Below, in pieces: positions 12,501-22,581 of a stretch of 41,794 nt of DNA. Source of the stretch: Catajapyx aquilonaris (lineage: Eukaryota); the NCBI GenBank assembly GCA_000934665.2, contig JYFJ02003430.1, forward strand, positions 1 through 41,794, given 5' to 3'. The position numbers were made by a program, and so were the translations under genes. Each line of letters begins with the position of its first letter. Position 1 is the first letter of the stretch. The notes beneath the pieces were generated by a model. The model was not told where the DNA came from and did not search any database. It saw only the letters and a program-made list of their open reading frames with translations.

Positions 12501-15500
12501 AAATGGATAAGGCTGACTCGACAGATACAATGTTTTGCATTAACTTATGCAGATAAAGTGTAGCCTGCTGTAATGTCACCCTTTTTGCAGGTCTTGCAAT
12601 ATTGATGCGGTACTCACGTGCTTGTATAGTCAACCGGGATTTCCGAAGGTAAAGTACATGTTGAGTAATGTATGGGCATACCCTACTTTGCTTTTAAGTT
12701 TTAACCAGTCCAGTGCAGGCTTCATGAGGGTGTCATACAACTTGACAGCAATACATTCAACTGCCAGTTGCGGTACTATAAAAATTAAATGGTTTAAAGT
12801 CACACCATTAAACCTCACCTATTTGTGAAATTGTCATAAAATATTTCATGAAGTTTTTTAGCAGTTGTCCTGTATATAAATTCAACGTCCTTCCTGTATG
12901 ATTATTATTAGGAATATCACATAAAATCCAATCAATTCATTAAGCCCTTGTGGTCCTCTTTAACGTGCTGCAGTTTCCAATAACATTGATAAAAGTGGCT
13001 TATTATACTAAATGTGCCCTTCACGTAACATTGAAAGGAGCCTTCATAATCCGGGGGTTTGTTTTCGTACATTTTATTTCATTCAACAGCTCTAGTTACT
13101 GCACCAGGCAGTGTTGAAACCCGAGCAGTTTTGAGAATCACCCGCCAGGCCATGATAGAACCTGTTGCTCGGAGGAACAGTGTGCCTGGAGCCAACTGCC
13201 TCCTTTTCTATAGTCCCTTCCATAGCTCCCCCAGCCATAAACTAGGTCGTGGAGCAAACTCCTGAGAAAATAAAACCGAGCAATATGGTGCCATAGCACA
13301 GCTAAAGCGAATTCAACAAGACTGCCCTTATTTCGCCAACCACCTTTATTATGGAGATACAACCCTACCCCCCGCCATCACCTGACACATCTGCTGAGTG
13401 AGGAGAATACAGAATCGCTTGGGTTATATTGCACGAAGCTATACAGCTGCAAATGCCAGCTATTCTTTTTAGGAAGGTGTATACCGCTTCTATGGCCTCT
13501 TTTTTATTACGGTCATTCCGGAATTCGGTTGGAAATGACCCAATAAAACAGTAGCCTGCTAATCTCTGGTCAGAGAACCAAACCTGTTGGTTCCCTCTTC
13601 GTATATACAGGAAAACATGCCTCTGATTATTGCAACTTGTCCATTACTAAAATTTTGTTTGGTCCCGGCGGAGTTTCACTGCATCTTTGTCGCTTCCTCA
13701 TTAAAAACTTTTGCAGACCGGAACATTGAAACTGCTTCTGTACCATGTAGTGCACAAGTTTTCGCCTAAATCAAGGTCAGCTTTAGACCAATTTCCTTCC
13801 ATAATCCGGCCCTAAATTGAATAAGGACAAAAATATGCTAACGCAAAACTCAACAAAATCATGTCCTCGTAATCCTGTAATCCCGGCCCAATGTAAAAAT
13901 CACTAACAAGATAAAGCCAGCCCTTTCATCCTACTGACCTTAAACACTAACTGCCTCCTTGAGCAGTAAAAGGTTACTCCCCCAAGAAACACGATTATCT
14001 CCAGGAGAAAACATCACTTCGTTGCGAACAATTTGAGGCGCCTTCATGATTTTCCCTTCGTTACGCTCCTTATACGACCATCCTTTTTTTTGGTCTCTCC
14101 CCAGGCACCATGTACTAGTAAGGAAGTGGCAAACTCTAGGAAAGGAAATAAAAAAGAAGAGTCTTGGAAGATATATAGGTCTCCTACACCATTGGAACCA
14201 ATTTACTGCGAGAAAATTGGTGCCCCAGTAACCATGGAGACAAACAACTTCCCCCCACCAAACCGGATAGGAAAAAAACTCGATCACAGTTTTGTCGGAT
14301 TTGACCCATCGACACAAAAGGACCCCGATTTTTGGGGGTCCTAAAGGGGTTAGTTGCTATATACGGTGTCGATATGTTGTAAAGCCTGGTATCTGTTGCG
14401 TGGGTCTCTTGTAGGTGGGGGGAGGTTCAATCCTCCTGAGAGACACAAGACACGAGTCTGGCATTTGTCTTGCATTGCACGCAACATATCCGCGGGGCTC
14501 AGACCAGGTCGAGAGAGTCTTTTATGATTATGGTTCCGGCTGTCCAGTAGAAATGCCGCCGGGATATTACCCCACCGGATCACGCACCGGAGACTCGATC
14601 GAAATAAGTTTTTTTTCTAGAGGTTGACTGGACTGTGGGACTATATGTGAAAAGACATAGTACCTAAAAAAGTAACTTCCAAAATAAGTGATTAAAATAA
14701 TTAAAGCCTGTTTGGTGGTCAGTACAATAATTTTATTAAACTAGGGGCTTCCTGTATATGAAAGAGCTGAATTGCGAGCAACGAGGTAGCTACGTACATG
14801 TTGATTTTAAATATTATGGATCAGCAAGCCTACAGTTCGCACACTTAAAAATAAACCATACTGTACTGCGCTAGCGGAATTTTGCAAACCAAATATTGAA
14901 TAAGCTTTTTCAGAGAGATTATCCCAAGTCTTGTTTCTGACAGTGCATGCACAGGTCACTAATTTAGAGAGAATACATAATAGCCGCGTGCAAGCCTGCT
15001 AACTGTATTATTAAAATTGTAGTTACTGCATGGAATAAGTGGGCGTATTCCGTAAGTCACTTACGATACTGTACGTAACATTTTCTAAGGGATTTTGACT
15101 TTTTAATGAGAACGCTCGTCTGTAACGATAAGATAATCTTCTGGGAAGTTTGCACAGAAAATAACTAGAGGAAAGACGTGTGTTCATGGCTGCAAGTTAT
15201 CTCGCTTGAGTGAACCTGAATATTGACACAAGGCCTTTGGTAACGGTTTCATTACCAGTAAGGTCAGTGTATCCTTCGACCATGTGTCAAGTTACGTTAA
15301 TGGCACACACACAACATATTTCTCCACGTTATATTTAGCCTTGACTAGCGAACAAGTCAGACCAAGAATGCAAGATTCGTTCTAAAAATATTCCTCCACG
15401 TTTTTTTTACAGGTCTATGATTGAATTCCATTTTGGGCCTTCCGTTTTTCCCCTGATCCGAAGGATGTGGGAGGATTTGGGGGTGTCGGAGTGTGTTGGT

Positions 15501-18500
15501 GAATCTCCCCAAAGTCTGTCTGAACCACTGTTGAAGGGCCCCTAGAGACCCTGTAGGCAAATTCGTTTTGTCCCTCCCCAAATTGGCGCGTAGGAAGGAA
15601 GATTTGGTGCAACACAGGTCTCAGAAGTTGATGGCTTGCTGCTCCGGTTCCTCACCCGACATCTCCCAAAGGGGCTTTTCGTCGCAAACCAGTTGTCAAA
15701 GTGCCATCGGAAAACTCTTCTTTTTTTTGCGCACCAAAAAGACGTGTCCCTTTTTTTTGTGCTGATGGCGAATGGCGTCTCCCTGTTTACGTTTTTTGGG
15801 GGGAAAATTCAACCAGAGCCCGTTATCATGAATATTCTATCATCCCGTTGAATGCACACAATCACGGTCGAACAATCGAGGCGTGAAACATCCAGGTGCA
15901 TGCAGCCCCAAAATGTTGTGTTGTATTTAATCAGGTCCTGCACATAACGAGCCAAAAAAAGCCCTTTTATCTCCAACTATTTTATAACATCGACTTATAG
16001 TTGGAGCATTGCGAGTCTTTAATAAGACGTGCAGTATTCGGTGCGTCGTAGGGTATGCGAAGCCCCATTATGCAGCTTTTATACGCCACCATGAAGTTCG
16101 GAATAGGTCCTTTAACTCGCCTTCTGCGCATGTAATGCAAAACGAGGCTTATAGTGAAACTCCCCACTTTGGGCTAGAGAACCTGTAAGCTATAAAGTGC
16201 GCAGCCCAACCTTACATCGATGCTCATGCAAGACGCTCCTCAAGTAATGATCATACAGGTAGGAAATATTCGAAGGCCTGTACACGTTTTCATTAGTGTC
16301 AGTCGCTAAAATTAAAATTATACAACACTTTTATTGTAAATAAGCAAATGGCTGTTATTTCCAATCATACAAGATCAGATTATGTTATTTCCAATTCTTA
16401 CAATTTTTCCACCTTCTGATTGGGCAGTTTATGCAACGGGAGTTCCCCTTTACTAACAACCACGTGATGACAGAACTGACCTTCTCCCAGTGTAATCGTC
16501 TGTAAACGTCTGTTGGTTCAGAAAAATGACACGACCTTCAATAATTAAATATCGGACAGAAACGGGATTACAAATTGCGTATTGATTGACCCAAGTCATA
16601 CATCAGCAAAACCAGAGCAGTTGCGTGTCCGGCTCTAACAAAGCGAGCAAAGTACAGGGAACACTTTATGCTACTTTCTGACGTTACGTTGAGTGATGAA
16701 CCTCGAGAACCGAAATTAATTCCAGGAAATGTCCGGTTCAAAACACACGCGCCATTACGTGTCACATTTACGTCAGTTCAAATAGCACTGCTGTACAGAA
16801 AAAACATTATTGAGCACGTGAATTTCCTGCAATCACTGAATGGGGAGACGTGCCTTTTTCCGAAAAGTACATTTTGCAAATCTGATGCTGGATGCGTACA
16901 ATGGACAAATTTGCAACAAAGATGCTCCCCCGTTACACCTTTTTTTTGCATAAAAAGCATCTCGACGAGCTTCCTCTACAGGCCGGCTCGGCCTGTAGAG
17001 GAAGCTCGTCGAGATGCTTTTGTGGAAAAAAAAGTAAAGGAAATGAGGACTCGGACGCTTTTGCAGGTTTTCAAATTTGCATTTCATCGATTGTCCTTCA
17101 AACAGTTCTGCGAATATGACAAGGTCGGATGTTTGAGAAATAATATCAGTTTTCAGAACGCTTTGATGCTCTCGACTCTTTTTATGCCCAAACGCTCAGG
17201 TTCACTATTTCATATTCAGTATGCAAAAAGTACTCGGTTGCATTCAACGATTCTGCTATAAAAATCACTGTAACATTTGCAAGTTGCATCTTTCGCCATT
17301 TTTAAGACAGTTTTAATTTAAATGCTGCAGCTCCCCCTCAGAATATTTTAGGGGCGATGTAAATGCTGGTTCTTATAATCTGGAAGGTGCAGAATGCTTA
17401 AGGCGACAAATTACGAGCTAGTATCGCTGTGGCTTTCCGCGAGAGTCAGAACAAATTGCGCAAGGCAGGAAGAAATTAGGGCGACTTTTCATTACAAAGC
17501 GATAAATAAATGAGGAGAAAAAAGAGGCAACATGGAAATTCCTGCTGCTTTCCTCCAGCTCTCCGAGAAGATTCAAGACAAGTGATGAATGAAACCCGTC
17601 TAATGAAAGACGCAATTTCTACAGGAGGTGTTTCGCAACATTTATTTGCAAAATTCAGTACCGCGGGTTAGCAGACGGACTAAGAGGCACACAATATCTT
17701 CGACTTTTGTCAGCATGATTTGAAATTGCATCTGCCGGCATACATTTCAGCCCGATTCTTATTCTGGAAGGAACCAAGTGAATCGATCATAAGTTACGAC
17801 TATAGACTTATAGTATAGACTTGGTAGTTCCTAGTATTTCAACACAATTTGTACCTGTACCACGATTAATCCGCCATAAATCCTGTTAGCAGAAGCAGGA
17901 TTATAGGAGCTTTGCGGCAAAGAGAATCGAAATCTCACTTTCGCAAAAAAAGGAGTGTCTGGCCCTGCTTTTAATCTGCATATGTCCAGTTTGAGATTAA
18001 TGCGATAAATAAATCCTCGCCATCAACTCTCCATCCAGCCAGATACTCTATTTTCCTCAAAAGGCTGCACTAAACTACAGCCGGATTACTCTCCATTTGT
18101 CTTTGTGACAATCTGCGGAGCTTGCGGTCCAACGCGGCTACTTGTACGGCACAGCTTGATTTATCGCCATCTTTTATGGCCATGAGACGCACAAGACATG
18201 TAGTCCACATCATCAATGACAACAAATTTTTTTCTCGTAGAGTCAAAGGTACATGTTCGTTCCATTTTTTACTTATGTAACTGTATGAAAATGCCAAAGG
18301 TGTTTTGTACCTGCTTCCACAAGAAGGAGTCCTCGTAGTTGAGTCCGGCTGCACATCCGAGCTGAGTAAGTCCAAGTAGAATCCCGGCCAGTGTGGACTC
18401 TTGTATGTGAAGTGGCAGAAGGGTGTAGGTCATGTAGATGAAGAAGATGGTGCACCAGACACCGGCGCTGGCAGTCCTGGGCACAGCTCCAAGGGTCAAC

Positions 18501-19210
18501 AGGGCCTCGATGCCGAAGAAGGTGGCTAGCACCACGTATGAGAAGATGACCAGGTAGACTTCGTTGAGGAAGGATCTGGTGAGGAGGATCTGCAGCAGGA
18601 GGTAGAGGGCTCCGAAGATGCTGAGGGTGACCACCTGTACGGGTTTATCCTCCTTGTTGGCAATGTAGTTGAGCAGGATCAGCACCAGGGCGATGATGAT
18701 CAGCAGGCCCAAGAGGCTGTTCAGGTTGCTTTGATTCATCTTCAGGAAGTACCTCTGGTACAGCATCTCCACCTGCACGTTCTTGAACCTGTGCGACCTG
18801 AACACCCGTCTGAACAGCTTCCACAGCTGCCACCATCGACCGCTGCTGCTCAGGAGGATCGACTCCACCTCCTCCTCCTGTGGCTTCTGGGGCAGAGACT
18901 GGCATCCGCTACAAGAAGATTCCTCCTGGTCGATCCGACCACCCCTCAAGGTCGAGCAAGTGGTGGCCTGCGACATATCGTTTTATGGCGAGTTTGTCCG
19001 ATGTTTCATGCGAACAGAGCTTACCTGTAGTCCGGAGGTGTTGTAGTGCTCGATCACTTCCCAGTTGGATTTGGATGGTTGTGAGATGGAGGACGATGGC
19101 GGGGTTGGAGCCCTGCAGGAAGAGCCCTCCTGGAAGTTGACCAGGACCACTCCATTGTGGGCCTTGGTCGAAATGGTGGTGTGACGCAAACTGGCGCTGC
19201 GTTGACCCAT
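386..19210 (-). CDS. ADCY5: Transmembrane adenylyl cyclase, type 5/6-like (20 coding exons, about 1160 aa; true 5' start uncertain)
   Basis: Hand-spliced join(19210-19025,18967-18311,9245-9096,8028-7907,7807-7715,7640-7494,5823-5665,5601-5445,4497-4397,4323-4173,4096-3999,3933-3849,3790-3677,3531-3373,3307-3132,3035-2896,2836-2727,2007-1656,1584-1460,586-386) = 3483 nt, open frame, all GT-AG. AC5/6-type motifs: [108 protein letters not shown]. The symbol means the ADCY5/6 group; one-to-one orthology is not established. Confidence 0.95.
1460..1584 (-). CDS. ADCY5: AC5/6 coding exon 19 (C2a catalytic Asp/Asn/Arg)
   Basis: [41 protein letters not shown]; donor CAG|GTAAGG. Confidence 0.96.
1656..2007 (-). 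CDS. ADCY5: AC5/6 coding exon 18 (C2a, ATP-specifying Lys)
   Basis: [79 protein letters not shown]. Confidence 0.96.
2727..2836 (-). CDS. ADCY5: AC5/6 coding exon 17 (entry to C2a)
   Basis: [37 protein letters not shown]; donor GAT|GTAAGA. Confidence 0.93.
2896..3035 (-). CDS. ADCY5: AC5/6 coding exon 16 (last transmembrane helix plus coiled coil)
   Basis: [46 protein letters not shown]; donor CAG|GTGAGT. Confidence 0.92.
3132..3307 (-). CDS. ADCY5: AC5/6 coding exon 15 (M2 transmembrane helices)
   Basis: [47 protein letters not shown]...; donor GG|GTGAGT. Confidence 0.9.
3373..3531 (-). CDS. ADCY5: AC5/6 coding exon 14 (extracellular loop of M2)
   Basis: ccttttcttcctacag|[50 protein letters not shown] with three N-X-S/T sequons; donor GAC|GTGAGT. 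Confidence 0.85.
3677..3790 (-). CDS. ADCY5: AC5/6 coding exon 13 (M2 transmembrane helix)
   Basis: ttttttcgcag|[41 protein letters not shown]; donor ATG|GTCAGT. Confidence 0.82.
3849..3933 (-). CDS. ADCY5: AC5/6 coding exon 12 (M2 transmembrane helix)
   Basis: [28 protein letters not shown]; donor GAG|GTGGGT. Confidence 0.82.
3999..4096 (-). CDS. ADCY5: AC5/6 coding exon 11 (M2 transmembrane helix)
   Basis: ttttttcag|[35 protein letters not shown]; donor AA|GTATGT. Confidence 0.88.
4173..4323 (-). CDS. ADCY5: AC5/6 coding exon 10 (C1b conserved block)
   Basis: [50 protein letters not shown]. Confidence 0.9.
4397..4497 (-). CDS. ADCY5: AC5/6 coding exon 9 (C1b)
   Basis: ttttctccccatcgacag|[37 protein letters not shown]; donor AA|GTACGT; phases fit both neighbouring exons. 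Confidence 0.82.
4642..4896. mobile_element. Intronic MITE (non-autonomous TIR element, TA-flanked, Tc1/mariner/pogo-like)
   Basis: Imperfect inverted arms of about 75 bp (4642-4716 vs 4820-4896) share an exact 18-mer AGATTGTGCCAGCGCATT and TGCGCCCTAC; TA on both flanks (4640-41, 4897-98); no ORF. Confidence 0.75.
5445..5601 (-). CDS. ADCY5: AC5/6 coding exon 8 (end of C1a)
   Basis: [52 protein letters not shown]; donor GAG|GTGAGT. Confidence 0.93.
5665..5823 (-). CDS. ADCY5: AC5/6 coding exon 7 (C1a)
   Basis: [53 protein letters not shown]; 159 nt. Confidence 0.95.
7494..7640 (-). CDS. ADCY5: AC5/6 coding exon 6 (C1a, second metal-binding Asp)
   Basis: [49 protein letters not shown]; donor GC|GTAAGT. 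Confidence 0.95.
7715..7807 (-). CDS. ADCY5: AC5/6 coding exon 5 (C1a, first metal-binding Asp)
   Basis: [31 protein letters not shown]; 93 nt; phase 2/2. Confidence 0.95.
7907..8028 (-). CDS. ADCY5: AC5/6 coding exon 4 (start of C1a)
   Basis: [41 protein letters not shown]; 122 nt; canonical AG/GT. Confidence 0.95.
9096..9245 (-). CDS. ADCY5: AC5/6 coding exon 3 (last M1 helix plus coiled coil)
   Basis: tttttatttcag|[24 protein letters not shown]...RENQQQ (150 nt); donor CAG|GTACGA. Confidence 0.95.
16953..17021. repeat. Perfect 33-bp inverted repeat with a 3-nt loop (hairpin/cruciform) in intron 2
   Basis: AAAAGCATCTCGACGAGCTTCCTCTACAGGCCG-gct-CGGCCTGTAGAGGAAGCTCGTCGAGATGCTTTT; extends imperfectly into flanking T and A tracts. 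Confidence 0.95.
18311..18967 (-). CDS. ADCY5: AC5/6 coding exon 2 (N-terminus plus most of the M1 transmembrane cluster)
   Basis: Acceptor tgtcgcag|GCC; encodes [27 protein letters not shown], several hydrophobic helices and [24 protein letters not shown]; donor CAG|GTACAA. Confidence 0.93.
19025..19210 (-). CDS. ADCY5: AC5/6 coding exon 1 (cytoplasmic N-terminus; may extend 5' to an acceptor at 19231)
   Basis: ATG in strong Kozak context (GCCATGG); [10 protein letters not shown]...[16 protein letters not shown]; donor CAG|GTAAGC, phase 0. Confidence 0.75.
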
Positions 19211-22200
19211 GGCTCGGCCTCCTTCCACTGCCTTTGACGCCCGTAAGACGAAGGGAGAAATAAACACATCTATACTTCCTGTGTACGATTATTCAACAAG
19301 AATGAAGATTTTTGTGTCCGAAAACCCGCCATGTTTTTGGTATGCAGAACAGACTCTCAATAGGTGGCGTTCAAGTCAATAAATTAAAATAAAATATTGG
19401 TTCTAAATATGCTGAGACACTTCGTGCATATGCACTGATCAACTTGGTACACCACTGGCTCAACACACTGGAAGCAGTGTAATCTGGTCGAATAAGCAGG
19501 CTAATATTGAGAGACATGCATATTGGAAATGGCTGTGTCAATATACGCGTCTGGCTGTGATGAGCTGTTACTTTACGAACGTGCTCAAACGCCCGTCCCA
19601 TCGATTTATGAATAATATTAGCGCCAGGTTCGCAATTTGCAGGACTAAATCATTATTCCGCGGAAATATCACAGATAATCTGGCAGTAATCGTCACGTAG
19701 GCCTTAGCTGTTAATTAACAAAATGTGCATAAATCGCGTTAATGATCCGTGCAATACGATTTTCGACCCCCACGCATTATGTATGCCAAGCAGAAAATAT
19801 CTGCTGCGGTACGATTGAAATGCATCGTAAACACATGAATGATTGGTGTGGTCCATTACTGACAAGTTCGCTTCATGTTTTTGCTAGTGACTGTACCATG
19901 CAGCAATATAAGTAATTAACACTCTCAGCACGCTAAGAGCAAACATTTAAAAATCTTTTTTCGGGCCTTGAGATATATGCAGTGTGCACGGACTCTCCTC
20001 ATGATTGTAATGACTTTTACAAGAAACCTCGCAAATTATTTTCTCCTCTCATAACGAGCCTGTCTCATATTTCCATCCTCCAAATTGCTCCTAGCAAGAT
20101 GCTTTTCACCAAGAAAAGAAATATGTTGATGCATGCGTCTGTCTGGCACTTTTTTTTATATATTTTTGTTCCAGACTAGGGCAAACACACTCGTGAAATT
20201 CTCCTCAAATCAACCTAGAAGCATTTGCATGTCAGCTCGACTCTCCATCAGACCCGTGTCATCTGATAATCCAAAAAGTAGGTCTAGTTGCTCCTTTTCT
20301 TTTTCCCCACACTTCTAGTAGGATATACAGTAGGTTTGAAGTAGCAAAAATCGCGAAAAAAGAAAAGAGAACTTCTTCACTTAACCGGTTCTTATTTATT
20401 TTGTGCTAAATGATCGTTTTTTGGCATTTTTTGTTAAGAGCTTTTCGACACCTTTTATCGCCAAGTCGTGGGTAAACTAAAAGGTAAAAGAGGTGAAAGT
20501 TGTGCGCGCTTCTGAAAGGAAAGCCAGTAGGGTACCCCCCCCCCAAACGGTCCGTAAATTTCACCGTGTGTTCCTCCTCGGTAAACAGTTAGTCACTAGG
20601 AAAATAAATAGGGCAATGCAGGGCTGAGTGCCCCACTTCCCCCTCCCACCCTCTTCACACTTCCTGTTGACAGTATAGCTTGTAACTACTGAATGGCATC
20701 AAAATAATCCCATTGTAATAGAATCCCCCCTGCGATGTTTATATATCGATCCTAGTGCAAAATATTCTCAAGGACTTCTCTCTCTAGGAATAGAGATATA
20801 CAGTGCAGTATACACACATCTCTTATGTTCGAGAGAGAGTCCATGTCGCTCCTGTCACGTTGCGCAATCCTCATGTTTGCCTAGTTCCCAACGTCGAAAT
20901 GCATTAATAATGGACAGGAAAATGATCTGGAAGTGCCCACCTCATGGGCGAGAGGTATTGCCCATGTAAGTGAAATTCCGATAAGGCAAACTTTTGATCG
21001 AACCTGCGCCATGAACAATCAAAAACACGTCTGGTTTCTTATCGTATCCGTTTGGCTTGCTTTTGTTCAAACTTTAGCACGCTGAGAGATGGACATGCAT
21101 GTTGGATATGAAACGAAGCGTATAAGTTATATGGAAAGATGAGTTTTAAACTGTGGAAGAGCGGCATTTCCCTGCTGCTAATTGAAAGACTGATATCACA
21201 CCGATAGCGGCGTGAACTTCAGCAGATGATGAGGTCTTCAATTCACACACGTACTGGGAGAGGTTTTCGATCGCCATTCTCATGCAAAGTTCGCACCTGT
21301 ACCAGACATTTAAAAAAAATAGAACTGCAAAACTCTCTGAAAGAGGTGGGTGATTTAAAAAAAAAATTAAATTACAGGATTTGTGTCTAACCAGATTGTT
21401 TGACATTTGTACGATTTGGGATGACACTAATGAATTCTTTCAGAATGTCATATGTCTGCAACTCGCATGACACGTGAATTATGTTTTAGAGATGACATTT
21501 AATATTTTAAACCGGCATTTATAATTGCGTAAGTGGTGGAAACATGCACATGCAATATCATAAAAATTTGAATAGATTTATTGCCTCTCTCTTGCACACT
21601 GCTGTACTCTACATCCTGATGTAATGATGGTTAATACATGTTGCCCTCATTTTTATACCCGCAATTGAATTATCGTTAAATATGGGTGATATCTGCGAAC
21701 ACCAAAATATGTCCGTAATAGTTACCGTTTTTGCCTTATAATTTCTACTTTATAATTTTGTGGCTTTCGTCACTTGAAACAGCACGAAGCAATTTTGGGT
21801 AATATATCCCTTCAACTTGGACCATTAATTAAGGATTGAGGATTAAGGAACTCGGACTTCAAATTTTTCGAATAGATATAGTAAAAATGTTACTCATAAA
21901 TATTTAGAGCATGTTGAGTCAATTAAAACTGTTTTTTAATTATAAATGAGAGAGAGCAAGTTCAAGTGCATACTGAGCAAAACCAATGAGTCAAGAATTA
22001 TTCCTCTAAACAATATTTAGCGATTAAGAAAATAAAGATCTGAAAACCGATCACAACCGAAAGATTTCGCAAAAAAAACATCGTTGGAAGGTTACAATCG
22101 TCGTTTAAAAAAACATTTCTCTGAAGAGCTGTCATCTTTTATCATACAACTGATTTTGATCACTTGATAGCATCCGTCAGACTAGATTACACAATGCCCA

Positions 22201-22357
22201 ACTAAATCTGAACCAAATGCTACTCTGATCATTCTGCTTTCTGCAACTCAAATATTTTACAACATTTAAGTTAATTTTTTGAGAGAGCCACAGTGCCGCC
22301 TCCACATTTCTGTTCTGGTCAACAGGTATTTTCCAACCAAATATTTGGGCAACTCAC

Positions 22358-22581
22358 CCAACAATAGGTCCCTCACGACCCCGCAGATGTCTCCGCATGC
22401 CTTCCGGTTCCAATTGTGAACATGGCCGGTGTCACTTTTCACATGCAAACAGTGTATAACCCGCAGCTGCAAAGCAATAGCTCCAAATCCCAGTGGAGCT
22501 CACATGGAACTGGCGTCCAGTGTGAATCCACAGCGCACACAGCCTTGCCCCGAAGGCCCACCAGACTGTTGTAAAAGCCCC
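22358..22581 (-). other. Candidate non-coding (5' UTR) or poison cassette exon
   Basis: Long C/T tract ending CCTCCCACACAG| at 22582 and donor TGG|GTGAGT at 22357; 224 nt; no through-reading frame compatible with exon 1. Confidence 0.35.

Noticed and set aside
12630..12818. Peptide [17 protein letters not shown], loosely like the M16 peptidase (insulysin) LRTKEQLGY motif
   Set aside because: Similarity is too short and weak, and there are no other M16 exons nearby.
16668..17261. 197-aa plus-strand ORF
   Set aside because: No recognisable domain. It runs through the DNA hairpin, which explains the mirrored peptide [11 protein letters not shown] on both strands.
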